From an uncultured Acidimicrobiales bacterium (lineage in GTDB: Bacteria > Actinomycetota > Acidimicrobiia > Acidimicrobiales > SHLQ01): DNA of 64,000 nucleotides. Both the position numbers and the translations under genes were made by a program. The stretch lies in contig CALHTB010000009.1 of NCBI GenBank assembly GCA_938038785.1, positions 51,513-115,512 of the forward strand, in the 5' to 3' direction. Positions 26,748 to 35,449 of the stretch are shown here, piece after piece (the stretch's first letter is position 1; the number at the start of each line of letters is the position of its first letter). The notes beneath the pieces are model-generated. The model did not search any database. It was given only the letters and a program-made list of their open reading frames with translations, and was not told where the DNA came from.

Positions 26748-27965
26748 ATGAGCGCAGATATGGATCGCCTGGTTACCTGGCACAACGGCGAGAAGACCCT
26801 TGGTCCGTTCTCGGTTGCCGAAATGGAATCACGCCAGCAGAAGCTGCGGACGCATATGGCCGAGAATGATGTCGACGCGGTGGTGCTCACCAGCTATCAC
26901 AACATCACCTATTTCTCCGGGTTCATGTACTGCGCGTTTGGCCGCAACTACGGGTTCGTCGTAACCCCTGATGCAGCGACGAGCGTTTCTGCTGGCATCG
27001 ATGGCGGCCAGCCGCACCGCCTTACAAATGGCGACAACATCACCTACACCGACTGGCGCAAAGACAACTTCTTCTACGCACTGCAAACCCTCATCACCGG
27101 GGCCAAGCGCATCGGGATCGAGTTCGACGAGGTCAGCATCGATCTTCGCGACAAGATCCAAGCAGCGTTCCCCGAGGTCGAACTGGTCGACGTCGGAGCA
27201 CCCACGATGTGGATCCGAACCATCAAGTCGGCCGAAGAGATCGCCCACATCAAGAAGCTCACCGCCATTGCCGACATCGGCGGCGAAGCGTGCCGTCAAG
27301 CCATCGGCGTTGGCGTACCCGAACATGAGGTGGCGCTCGCGTCGACTCAAGCCATGGTGCGAGAGCTCGCCAAGACCTACGAGTACTCCGAGCTGATGGA
27401 CACCTGGACCTGGTTCCAGTCAGGCATCAACACCGATGGAGCGCACAACCCGGTCACCAACCGTGTAATCGAAGAGGGCGACATTCTGTCGATCAACTGC
27501 TTCCCCATGCTTTTTGGCTACTACGTCGCCCTCGAGCGCACGCTGTTCGCGAACTCCGTGTCCGACGAACACATGCGTCTATGGAACATCAACGTCGAAG
27601 TACACGAGGCAGGCCTCGAGCTCATCAAGCCCGGCGCGAAATGCTCCAACATTGCCTCCGAGCTCAACGACATCTACCGCGGCTACGACCTGCTCAACAC
27701 CCGCTCATTCGGCTATGGACACAGCTTCGGCGTGCTCTGCCACTACTACGGACGCGAAGCTGGCGTAGAGCTACGCGAAGACATCGAAACCGAGCTCCAA
27801 CCCGGCATGGTCGTCTCGATGGAACCAATGATCATGATCCCCGAAGGGCAACCCGGAGCTGGCGGCTACCGCGAACACGACGTGCTCGTCATCAACGACG
27901 ACGGCACCGTCGACAACATCACCGGCTTCCCATACGGCCCCGAACACAACATCGTCCCGAACTAG
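26748..27965 (+). CDS. creatinase (creatine amidinohydrolase, M24-fold)
   Basis: The real start is MSADMDRLVTW, with SD GGAGGAG at 26735-26741. The track ORF from 26511 overlaps the MFS gene. The 405 aa match the creatinase family nearly block for block as I recall it: TSYHNI.YFSGF.YC.FGR, DGGQP.R, WTWFQSGINTDGAHNPVT, YGHSFG...HYYGREAG.ELRED, MEPMIM.PEG.PGAGGYREHD. Confidence 0.9.
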   Translation: MSADMDRLVTWHNGEKTLGPFSVAEMESRQQKLRTHMAENDVDAVVLTSYHNITYFSGFMYCAFGRNYGFVVTPDAATSVSAGIDGGQPHRLTNGDNITYTDWRKDNFFYALQTLITGAKRIGIEFDEVSIDLRDKIQAAFPEVELVDVGAPTMWIRTIKSAEEIAHIKKLTAIADIGGEACRQAIGVGVPEHEVALASTQAMVRELAKTYEYSELMDTWTWFQSGINTDGAHNPVTNRVIEEGDILSINCFPMLFGYYVALERTLFANSVSDEHMRLWNINVEVHEAGLELIKPGAKCSNIASELNDIYRGYDLLNTRSFGYGHSFGVLCHYYGREAGVELREDIETELQPGMVVSMEPMIMIPEGQPGAGGYREHDVLVINDDGTVDNITGFPYGPEHNIVPN

Positions 27966-27979
27966 CTCGTATCGAAGGC

Positions 27980-28020
27980 GAACCTGGTACCAAAACGCGA
28001 AAAGGTGCCAGGTTCGTTTT
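27980..28020 (+). terminator. rho-independent terminator (copy 1) after creatinase
   Basis: gaacctggtacc-aaaacgcgaaaa-ggtgccaggttc (one mismatch), followed by gtttt. Confidence 0.75.
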
Positions 28021-28080
28021 GGGTGAAAGGTGCCTGGTACCACCGAGAAACACCGTCCCGAACTAGCTCGTATCGAAGGC

Positions 28081-28121
28081 GAACCTGGTACCAAAAGGCA
28101 AAAAGGTACCAGGTTCGTTTT
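28081..28121 (+). terminator. rho-independent terminator (copy 2)
   Basis: gaacctggtacc-aaaaggcaaaaa-ggtaccaggttc, a perfect 12-bp stem, followed by gtttt. Confidence 0.75.
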
Positions 28122-28162
28122 GGGTGAAAGGAGCGTGGTACCACCGAGTCAATTCGACGGTC

Positions 28163-29164
28163 TTAGCGGCGGCGGGTGGCGACAATGAGGTCTCGGGTGA
28201 TGGCTCGGTCGACGACGTGTTCGAACGAACGCGGGTGGTCAATAATGGTGAAGCCCGCCGCTGCGAGTGCGGCGGACACTTGCTCGCGCGTCATGGTCTT
28301 CAGATTCCATGCCAGGCCGATAGCGCCGCCGCGCACTAACACCGAATGCCACGCGTGGGCGGCGCCTTGCACGAGTTCGAGCGGCGAGCGTCGGGCGCTC
28401 TTTGCCGTAGCGGTGTGTCGGACCCCGTAGGGTAGGTCGCCCACGATGAGGTCGAAGTTCTGGCCGGGCATCAACTCCTTTGCCTTCGACGTATCGCCGC
28501 AGGCCATGCGAAGGTTCTGGCGGCCCCGGTCGATATCGACATCAAATGCTGAGGCTCCAGCGAGGTCTCCTTTTCGGAACCGTTCTGAGGTGGTCTTGTG
28601 CTTCACCCGATGGCCCTTGAGGTAGGTGGTAATGAAGGTGCGGTAGTGCTCGACGTCTTTGTCGGTGAGCTCGATCCCGGATGCGTCAAAGCCATACACC
28701 AGCGCACGGTTGAGCGTGCTGCCCCGACCGGCCACCGGGTCGAGTAGGTGTACTTGGTCCTCGTTTGCGGCCCGTTCGTGTGCTGCGGTTGACTCGGCCA
28801 ACGTCAAGTTGAGGAGCATGTGGGTGAACTGTTCATTCGTCTTACCCGAGTAGCGCTGAATGGTGATGAGGTCGTCGTCGAACCACTCGAGTGTCTTTAG
28901 GTCCAGTGGGTACAGTGCGTCTCCTTTCAGGGTGAAAACCGCACGCGTGCCCGACAAGTTGGACACAATGAACCGGTCTTGGTCGTCAAGCTCTCCCCCG
29001 CCGAACGTGACGTAGTCAACTCCACCAAGGTTGGTCACCTCGATGTCGGTGACCGCAAACGAGAAATACCTGGCGATCGCAGCGAGCTCAGCGGCGAGCA
29101 ACCGAGAGGCCGAATCGGCGTACACCCGATTCGCAGATTCCTTTGTCAAGACTGCATACAGCAT
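28163..29164 (-). CDS. class I SAM-dependent methyltransferase with (D/N)(P/L)PY-type amino-methyltransferase motif
   Basis: 333 aa. SAM motif LLDPVAGRGSTL. Catalytic-type motif DLIVGDLPYG, as in the UPF0020 / RNA m2G / N6-A methylase families. The N-terminal ~110 aa domain is of unknown type. The gene sits 4 nt downstream of the LysR gene. Confidence 0.68.
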   Translation of the reverse strand: MLYAVLTKESANRVYADSASRLLAAELAAIARYFSFAVTDIEVTNLGGVDYVTFGGGELDDQDRFIVSNLSGTRAVFTLKGDALYPLDLKTLEWFDDDLITIQRYSGKTNEQFTHMLLNLTLAESTAAHERAANEDQVHLLDPVAGRGSTLNRALVYGFDASGIELTDKDVEHYRTFITTYLKGHRVKHKTTSERFRKGDLAGASAFDVDIDRGRQNLRMACGDTSKAKELMPGQNFDLIVGDLPYGVRHTATAKSARRSPLELVQGAAHAWHSVLVRGGAIGLAWNLKTMTREQVSAALAAAGFTIIDHPRSFEHVVDRAITRDLIVATRRR

Positions 29165-29168
29165 TTCT

Positions 29169-30050
29169 CTACCCGAAGAGTTCGCCGATGACGTGTTCGG
29201 CTTGGACGACTACTCGCAGCGGCTCATCCGAGCGGCGGATGACGTGCATCGCCATCTCGGCGCCCGCATCACTGATCTTTACGTACGTGACACCCTCGGG
29301 ATGAAACGTTCGGACGCCGTTGGGCACGATGGCGCTTCCCTCGCCAGAGCTCACCAAGCCAAGGATGGTGGTGTACTCGGTGGCCTCGATCGCCGGGTCA
29401 TAGGACGAGCCGGCGTTGGTAAAGAGTTGCTGAAGTTGCTCGTGCAGGGTTGGCGACAACCTGCGGTCGAACCCAATGAGCGATGACGCGTCGATCTTTG
29501 CGACCGACACGCGCGTTTTGCCCGTCAGGCGGTGATCAGGGCCTACAGCGAGATACAAGGGCTCATCGAGGAACTTTGACGCGTGGATTCGCTCGTCGGC
29601 GGGAGAGGTGCGGCTGATGCCGAGGTCGATCTGTCCAGCCAAAAGCGCATCGGTTTGATTCGCGCTCGACATAATTTGCAGATCGTGGTCGACCTTGGGC
29701 CACCGTTGCCGGAATGCCCGGAGATAGCGAGGCATAACTTCAAACGACGCCGAATCAACGAACGCAAGGCGGAGCAGCCCGCCTTCGCCGCTGCGGAACT
29801 CTTCCATAACCCGTTCAGCGGAGTCGGCAGCAACCACGACTCGCTCGGCTTCGGTGCGAAGAACTGCGCCCGCGGCTGTGAGCGACACTCGGCGGGTTGT
29901 TCGGTCGAAGAGCTGGACGCCAAGCTCGGATTCGAGCAGACGGATCTGCTGGCTGAGCGGTGGTTGGGCCATGTGGAGGCGTTCGGCAGCGCGGCCAAAG
30001 TGCAGTTCGTCGGCGACGGCGAGGAAGTACCTCAAACGCTGCAGGTTCAT
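29169..30050 (-). CDS. LysR-family transcriptional regulator, divergent from soxBDAG
   Basis: The start is MNLQRLRYFLAVADELHFGRAAERLHMAQPPLSQQIRLLE (canonical LysR HTH), 294 aa. The track ORF extension to 30662 is antisense to soxB and rejected. Confidence 0.9.
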   Translation of the reverse strand: MNLQRLRYFLAVADELHFGRAAERLHMAQPPLSQQIRLLESELGVQLFDRTTRRVSLTAAGAVLRTEAERVVVAADSAERVMEEFRSGEGGLLRLAFVDSASFEVMPRYLRAFRQRWPKVDHDLQIMSSANQTDALLAGQIDLGISRTSPADERIHASKFLDEPLYLAVGPDHRLTGKTRVSVAKIDASSLIGFDRRLSPTLHEQLQQLFTNAGSSYDPAIEATEYTTILGLVSSGEGSAIVPNGVRTFHPEGVTYVKISDAGAEMAMHVIRRSDEPLRVVVQAEHVIGELFG

Positions 30051-30052
30051 GT

Positions 30053-30071
30053 GGCAATGATAGTAATTGCC
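30053..30071. promoter_or_regulatory. dyad symmetry in the LysR/soxB divergent intergenic region (candidate LysR box)
   Basis: ggcaat-gatagta-attgcc, a perfect 6-bp arm inverted repeat immediately upstream of the LysR start. It sits in an AT-richer 90-bp spacer. Confidence 0.45.
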
Positions 30072-30140
30072 TCTTAATGATGCCAAGATTGATACGGCAG
30101 ATTGCGTGACCGCCTCTCTGCGCCTTCCTACACTGCGCCC

Positions 30141-31448
30141 ATGGTGTCCTTTCGAAAATCGAACCCAGGGCCGGTGCGCTATAGCGCTGCGACCCTTGCA
30201 CGCAAAGGCCTCTCGGGCGACGACTGGCCTCGGGTCTGGCGAGACCACGACCTCAGGAAGACCTACGACGTCATCATCATCGGCGGCGGCGTGCACGGTC
30301 TGGCGACGGCGTACTATCTCGCCACCAACCATGACATCACCAACGTTGCCGTGCTCGACAAGGGCTACCTCGGTGGTGGCGGCTCGGGCCGCAACACCGC
30401 GATTGTTCGCTCGAACTACCTGACCCCCGAGGGTGTGGCGTTCTACGACCGGTCGCTCACGCTGTACAACTCGATGGCTGCCGACTTGAACATCAACGTG
30501 ATGTTCAGCGAGCGGGGCCATATGACGTTGGCCCACACCGACTCGGCGCTTCGCACCATGCATTGGCGGGCCGAGGTCAACAAGCTCCAGGGCATCGATA
30601 GCTCGGTCATCGACCCCCAAGAGGTCAAGAAGATCTGCCCGAGCCTCGACATCACCAGCCATCCCCGCTATCCGATCCTCGGAGCACTACACCACCCCCC
30701 GGGCGGCATCATTCGACACGACGCAGTCGTGTGGGGGTACGCCCGTGGCGCCGACCACGCCGGCGTACACCTGCATCAAAAGACCGAAGTGCTTGACATC
30801 TTGTGTGAAGGCGGAGGGCTCGCCGACGGCAAAGGCGCTGGTGGCAAGGTCACCGGAGTCCGCACGAACCGCGGCGACATCTCGGCGCCGATCGTGGTCA
30901 ACTGCACCGCTGGCTGGGGCTCGCTCATTTCGAACATGGCTGGCGTGAAGCTGCCCATCGTCACCCACCCTCTCGAAGCTGCCGTAACCGAACCGGTCAA
31001 GGTGTTCCTGCCAGCGGTCGTGGTGTCGGGGTCGCTACACGTTTACGTAAGTCAAACCGACCGCGGCGAACTGGTCTTTGGTGCATCGGTCGACCCGTTG
31101 GCTACCTACTCGATGCGGGGCTCACTGAGCTTCACCGAAGAGCTCGCTGGCCACATCCTCGAGCTCATGCCAGGCATCTCGAAGATGCGGCTGCTGCGCC
31201 AGTGGGCCGGGCTGTGCGACATGACACCCGACTATTCGCCGATCATGGGCTTCACGCCGGTCGAGGGCCACCTCACCGACGTGGGCTGGGGCACCTACGG
31301 CTTCAAGGCTGGCCCCGTTTCTGGAGAACAAATGGCTGAATGCATTGCCACTCAACAAACCCCCAAGCTGATCGCACCGTTCAAACTGTCTCGCTTCGAG
31401 ACCGGTGAACTGGTTGGCGAAAAGGGTGCTGCGGCGGTGGGTCACTAA
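30141..31448 (+). CDS. soxB: heterotetrameric sarcosine oxidase subunit beta
   Basis: FAD motif YDVIIIGGGVHGLATAYYL. Other blocks are GRNTAIVRSNYL, HVYVSQTDRGELV, WGTYGFK and C-terminal LSRFETGELVGEKGAAAVGH. The start is either 30141 (MVSFRK) or 30102. Confidence 0.93.
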   Translation: MVSFRKSNPGPVRYSAATLARKGLSGDDWPRVWRDHDLRKTYDVIIIGGGVHGLATAYYLATNHDITNVAVLDKGYLGGGGSGRNTAIVRSNYLTPEGVAFYDRSLTLYNSMAADLNINVMFSERGHMTLAHTDSALRTMHWRAEVNKLQGIDSSVIDPQEVKKICPSLDITSHPRYPILGALHHPPGGIIRHDAVVWGYARGADHAGVHLHQKTEVLDILCEGGGLADGKGAGGKVTGVRTNRGDISAPIVVNCTAGWGSLISNMAGVKLPIVTHPLEAAVTEPVKVFLPAVVVSGSLHVYVSQTDRGELVFGASVDPLATYSMRGSLSFTEELAGHILELMPGISKMRLLRQWAGLCDMTPDYSPIMGFTPVEGHLTDVGWGTYGFKAGPVSGEQMAECIATQQTPKLIAPFKLSRFETGELVGEKGAAAVGH

Positions 31449-31784
31449 ATGTTGCTCGTACCTTGCCCGCACTGCGGCCCACGAAACCAAAGCGACCTGC
31501 GCCTTCTCGGCGAAGCTGTCCCCCGTCCCAACCCCAACACGGCCACCCGTGCCGAATGGGGCGAGTACTTGTACCTGCGGGACAACCCCGCTGACTACGT
31601 AACCGAGACCTGGTACTGCCGTGCCGGCTGCCGTCGATACTTCACTGTCGAGCGTCATCAGGCGACCAACGAATTTCGCAATCCCCCGCTGCCCGGCGAC
31701 AAGGTCGGCAACAGCACCTACACGACCATCACGGTTGGCAGCTCCGGCAAGCAACGCGGCGCAAACGAGGGAGAGGCTTCATGA
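31449..31784 (+). CDS. soxD: sarcosine oxidase subunit delta
   Basis: MLLVPCPHCGPRN...GEA (Zn-ribbon Cys cluster CPxCG ... C..GC). 111 aa. The start abuts the soxB stop (TAAATG). Confidence 0.9.
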   Translation: MLLVPCPHCGPRNQSDLRLLGEAVPRPNPNTATRAEWGEYLYLRDNPADYVTETWYCRAGCRRYFTVERHQATNEFRNPPLPGDKVGNSTYTTITVGSSGKQRGANEGEAS

Positions 31785-31899
31785 TGTTAGCCACCTGCGA
31801 CGTTTCGAGGCCCCCGCAAACGCTCCGCGTTTGTGCGAGAAACTCGGTTAGTGAGCGAAGCGAACGGCCGAGTCTCCAGCGGAAGTCTGGAGAACAACG

Positions 31900-34779
31900 A
31901 TGACTATGCGTCGACTGCCCCAACAGCCTGGTGAGGTCATCGACCGTAGCCAGCCACTGAAGTTCACCTGGAACGGCAAGCCCGCCGTTGGGTATCAGGG
32001 TGACACGATCGCCTCGGCTATTGCGGCTGGAGACAACCGCATTATGAGCCGGTCGATGAAGTACCACCGTCCACGTGGCTTGCTCACGGCAGACTTCTGG
32101 GACCCGAATGCCTTTGTTCAGGTCGACGACGAGCCGAACGTCCGCTCGGGGCATCGTCTGCTCACGAACGGCATCGACGTCGGGCCACAGAACGTGTGGC
32201 CATCGCTCGACTACGACGTGAAGGCAGCGAACCAGCTCGTCGGGCGATTCTTGTCTCCCGGCTTTTACTACAAGACCTTCATTCATCCACAGAAGCTTTG
32301 GCCTGCCTACGAGAAGGTGCTTGCACAGTTCGCTCCTGGTGGCACGGTTGACTACGAGTCCGAAATGGCGTATTTCGATAAGCGCTACACGCACCCCGAC
32401 GTCGTTGTCGCAGGTGGCGGGCCAGCTGGTTTGGCTGCTGCAACTGCGGCAGCTGAGGCGGGCGCAAGCGTCCTGCTCGTCGAGCACGAACATCACCTCG
32501 GGGGCCACCTTCGTTATGGCACCGAAGACGATCGGGCGTTGGCGAACGGGCTCGAACTTGCAGCGCGCTCGGCTGGGGTCGAGATCTTGCTCGACTCCAC
32601 GGTCACGGGTCGCTACGAAGACAACTGGCTTGGCATCGTCCAGCGTTCGCATCCGTTGGCTTCTGAGCGCTTGGTCAAGGCCCGGGCAAAGACGCTGATC
32701 GTGGCCGCCGGCCTCATCGAGCGCCCGTACGTGTTCGAAGGAAACGATCGTCCCGGCGTCATGCTCGCAAGCGCAGCTCGACGCCTGATCAACATGTACT
32801 CGGTGAAGCCAGGTGACCGAGCCGTCGTGCTCACCGCCAACGAGTCCGGCGACCAGACTGTCGCCGACCTCGAGCGTGCGGGCGTGAAGATCGCAGAAGT
32901 GGTCGATGCACGTGCTGGCGGCAACGTCACCGCCACGGCTGGTTCGCAAAAGGCGGTCGAATCGGTGACCTTGGGCGATGGCTCAACCCGCGACGCCGAT
33001 CTGTTGATCACCGCTGTGGGCTGGACTGCACCGACCTCGCTGCTCAATATGAGCGGCGATCGCCCCGTGTACGACCCAGCTGGCGCCCGGTTCTTCCCCG
33101 ACCGCACTCCAGACAACGTCCTGGTGACCGGAGGAATCGCCGGTGATGGCACGCTCGACCAGATCGTCGAGCACGGCCGCGAGACGGGGGCGCTTGCCGC
33201 GTCGCGAGCTTTGGCAGTCGCCCATCGTCTCCAGGCGCTCACCGCCCGGGCGATGCCCGTGTCGGACCCTGAACCCGCCATGGCGCCAGATGCGCGCACG
33301 CCGCTTGGCCGGGACCCACACCCCGAGCTCTATCGCTCGACCACCCACGGCATCGTCGACTACTCCGAAGATGTCGGGTCGAAGGACCTGGTGTCGGCCA
33401 CCAAGGAGGGCTACGACTCGGTTGAGCTGCTCAAGCGATACACCACAGCCACCATGGGCCCTGCCCAGGGCAAGCTCGAAACGGTCAATACGGTTGCAGT
33501 GTTGGCCGAGGCTCGCGGCGAGACCATCGCCGAGGTCGGAACCACGATCTGGCGCCCGCCATACGCCCCGCTGACGCTGGGTGCACTAGCTGGTCGAATC
33601 TTCGAACCAGAGCGAGTGTCTTCGGTGCATTCCTGGCATGTGGCGAACGGTGCAAAGCCGATTCTCGCTGGCCAGTGGATTCGCCCCGAGCACTACGGCA
33701 ACCCACAAGCAGAGGTCACTAACGTTCGCGAGAACGTCGGCATCATCGACATCAGCCCGCTCGGCAAGCTCGATCTGCAAGGCGCCGACGTACCGAAGTT
33801 GCTGAACCTGCTCTACACGAACAAGTGGAGCAAGCTCGGAGTTGGATCAGTGCGCTACGGCATCATGTGTGCCGAAGATGGCGTGGTCATGGACGACGGC
33901 GTCACCGGCCGCATCAGTGAGAACCGCTGGCTCATGACCACCACCTCGTCGGGCGCAGGCAGCGTGTGGGAGTGGGCCGAGAACTGGCTCCAAACCGCGC
34001 ACCCCGACTGGGACGTTCACATCACCCCGGTCACCACGTCGTACACCTCGATCAACGTCGCTGGCCCGAAGAGCCGCGAGCTTCTGTCTCGCCTCACCGA
34101 TGTGCCTCTCGACAACGACTCGTTTGACTACATGCAGGTACGACCTGGCACCGTTGCCGGTGTCGAGGACTGCATCATGTGGCGCATTGGCTTCACGGGA
34201 GAGCTCAGCTTCGAACTGCATGTTCCGGCCGGCTATGGCCTGCATGTGTGGGAGGCGCTCATGGATGAAGGTGCCGATCTCGGTATCAAGCCATTCGGTC
34301 TTGAAGCGCAACGCATCATGCGTCTTGAGAAGGGTCACTTCATCGTGGGACAAGACACCGACGGCCTTACCAAAGCACCCACTACTGGCTTGCAGCCGCT
34401 GATCAAGCTCGACAAAGACGACTTTGCCGGAAAGCCCGAACTTGCGTGGGCCATGGGTCAGGGAGTTGGCGACGCAGCTGACGCCGCAGGTATGGACCTC
34501 CCAGTACTCGTCTCCGTGCAAATGACCGACAGCTCGATCGTGCCGCCCGAGGCGTCGCAGATCGTGCGCCCCAACACCAACGAGATCCTGGGGCGTATCA
34601 CATCGTCTCGGTATTCGCCGACCCTGAAGGCCTCAATCGGCTTGGCTCAGGTCCCGCCGTCGCACGCCTCGTCGGGCACTCAGCTCACCGTGTTATTGAC
34701 GAACGGCGACCGCACGACCGCCACGGTGCAGCAGCACCATGCCCATTTCGACCCCGATGGCCTTCGGCTGCGGTCTTAG
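31900..34779 (+). CDS. soxA: sarcosine oxidase subunit alpha
   Basis: 959 aa. N-terminal 2Fe-2S-like/SoxA_A3 region, NAD(P)/FAD Rossmann motif DVVVAGGGPAGLAAA, and a C-terminal GcvT-like folate-binding domain (aminomethyltransferase fold). SD GGAGAA. Confidence 0.95.
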   Translation: MTMRRLPQQPGEVIDRSQPLKFTWNGKPAVGYQGDTIASAIAAGDNRIMSRSMKYHRPRGLLTADFWDPNAFVQVDDEPNVRSGHRLLTNGIDVGPQNVWPSLDYDVKAANQLVGRFLSPGFYYKTFIHPQKLWPAYEKVLAQFAPGGTVDYESEMAYFDKRYTHPDVVVAGGGPAGLAAATAAAEAGASVLLVEHEHHLGGHLRYGTEDDRALANGLELAARSAGVEILLDSTVTGRYEDNWLGIVQRSHPLASERLVKARAKTLIVAAGLIERPYVFEGNDRPGVMLASAARRLINMYSVKPGDRAVVLTANESGDQTVADLERAGVKIAEVVDARAGGNVTATAGSQKAVESVTLGDGSTRDADLLITAVGWTAPTSLLNMSGDRPVYDPAGARFFPDRTPDNVLVTGGIAGDGTLDQIVEHGRETGALAASRALAVAHRLQALTARAMPVSDPEPAMAPDARTPLGRDPHPELYRSTTHGIVDYSEDVGSKDLVSATKEGYDSVELLKRYTTATMGPAQGKLETVNTVAVLAEARGETIAEVGTTIWRPPYAPLTLGALAGRIFEPERVSSVHSWHVANGAKPILAGQWIRPEHYGNPQAEVTNVRENVGIIDISPLGKLDLQGADVPKLLNLLYTNKWSKLGVGSVRYGIMCAEDGVVMDDGVTGRISENRWLMTTTSSGAGSVWEWAENWLQTAHPDWDVHITPVTTSYTSINVAGPKSRELLSRLTDVPLDNDSFDYMQVRPGTVAGVEDCIMWRIGFTGELSFELHVPAGYGLHVWEALMDEGADLGIKPFGLEAQRIMRLEKGHFIVGQDTDGLTKAPTTGLQPLIKLDKDDFAGKPELAWAMGQGVGDAADAAGMDLPVLVSVQMTDSSIVPPEASQIVRPNTNEILGRITSSRYSPTLKASIGLAQVPPSHASSGTQLTVLLTNGDRTTATVQQHHAHFDPDGLRLRS

Positions 34780-34787
34780 GAGACACC

Positions 34788-35363
34788 ATGACTATGCCTA
34801 CATTTCAAAGCCCAGTCACCGCCAGTTACGAACCAACTCCCGGTGCAGCTCTCACGCTCACCGACGAGTCAGCCCTGTCGAAGATGGTCGTCCGGGCCGC
34901 CCCCGGTACTGCAGCACGAGGAGTTTTGGCTCAGGCGTTTGCTGGGAGTCGAGTCGCCGGCAACGTGCTCATTGCGGGCAGCCGTCCTGATGAGTGGATG
35001 CTCATCGGGCCAGCTGACGCTGTGGCCACTCGGGTAAGCGAAATCCCGACCGACGGACACGTGAGTCTTGTCGACTGGACGCACGGCCGAGCAATGTTCC
35101 GCCTCACCGGTGATGTTGCCTCGTCGGCGATGGAGAAGGTCTGCAGTCTCGATTGGTCCGATGCCATGATGCCCAACGGCGCCGTCACCTCAGCCTCGGT
35201 CGCAAAGGTCACCTGCGACATTGCTCGCAACGACGTCTCGGGCCCTGACGGCGGCGAGCGAGCGCCAAGCTATGTGATCCTGTGCGACCGCAGCTTCGGC
35301 CAATACCTCTTCGATGCCCTGCTAGACGCAGGCGAAGAATTCGGAATCTCCGCCGTTTCCTAG
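34788..35363 (+). CDS. soxG: sarcosine oxidase subunit gamma
   Basis: 191 aa. The position after soxA and the size fit. Typical block SLVDWTHGRAMFRLTG...KVCSLD. Confidence 0.85.
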   Translation: MTMPTFQSPVTASYEPTPGAALTLTDESALSKMVVRAAPGTAARGVLAQAFAGSRVAGNVLIAGSRPDEWMLIGPADAVATRVSEIPTDGHVSLVDWTHGRAMFRLTGDVASSAMEKVCSLDWSDAMMPNGAVTSASVAKVTCDIARNDVSGPDGGERAPSYVILCDRSFGQYLFDALLDAGEEFGISAVS

Positions 35364-35387
35364 CGGCCAGTCCTGTAAACGCGGAAA

Positions 35388-35420
35388 GTGCCCCGGCCGG
35401 TAGCCGGGGCACCCTTTTGG
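35388..35420 (+). terminator. rho-independent terminator after soxG
   Basis: gtgccccgg-ccggtag-ccggggcac followed by ccttttgg. It lies between the convergent soxG and aqpZ genes. Confidence 0.8.
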
Positions 35421-35449
35421 ATGGTTGTCGTTCTCGAGATGACTGCGGG

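Larger units (their letters stand above)
27953..28148. repeat. tandem duplication, 101-bp period, 2 copies, each carrying a terminator hairpin
   Basis: Copy 1 spans 27953-28053 and copy 2 spans 28054-28148, with only a few mismatches. Copy 1 begins inside the last codons of creatinase (cgtcccgaactag). That string, including the TAG, recurs at 28054-28066. Confidence 0.92.

Noticed and set aside
27771-28144. Two minus-strand ORFs with near-identical peptides (FHPKRTW.LFAFWYQVRLRYELVRD)
   Set aside because: They are simply the reverse-strand reading of the 101-bp tandem duplication and its hairpins. They overlap the creatinase 3' end and have no start context or SD.
30051-30662. N-terminal 200-aa extension of the LysR ORF (track 29169..30662)
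   Set aside because: The canonical LysR HTH begins at MNLQRLRYF (start 30050). The extension is antisense to the soxB 5' region and crosses the AT-richer intergenic spacer.
31729-32949. 406-aa minus-strand ORF. The same issue applies to 45142..46143 (333 aa), 26009..26707, 21389..22150, the many other long antisense ORFs, and the 47438..48256 portion of the 640-aa plus ORF.
   Set aside because: All are antisense or out of frame relative to genes with clear family signatures (soxA, ALDH, MFS, proW, FAD oxidase). Their Arg/Pro/Gly-rich composition is typical of shadow ORFs in GC-rich genomes.
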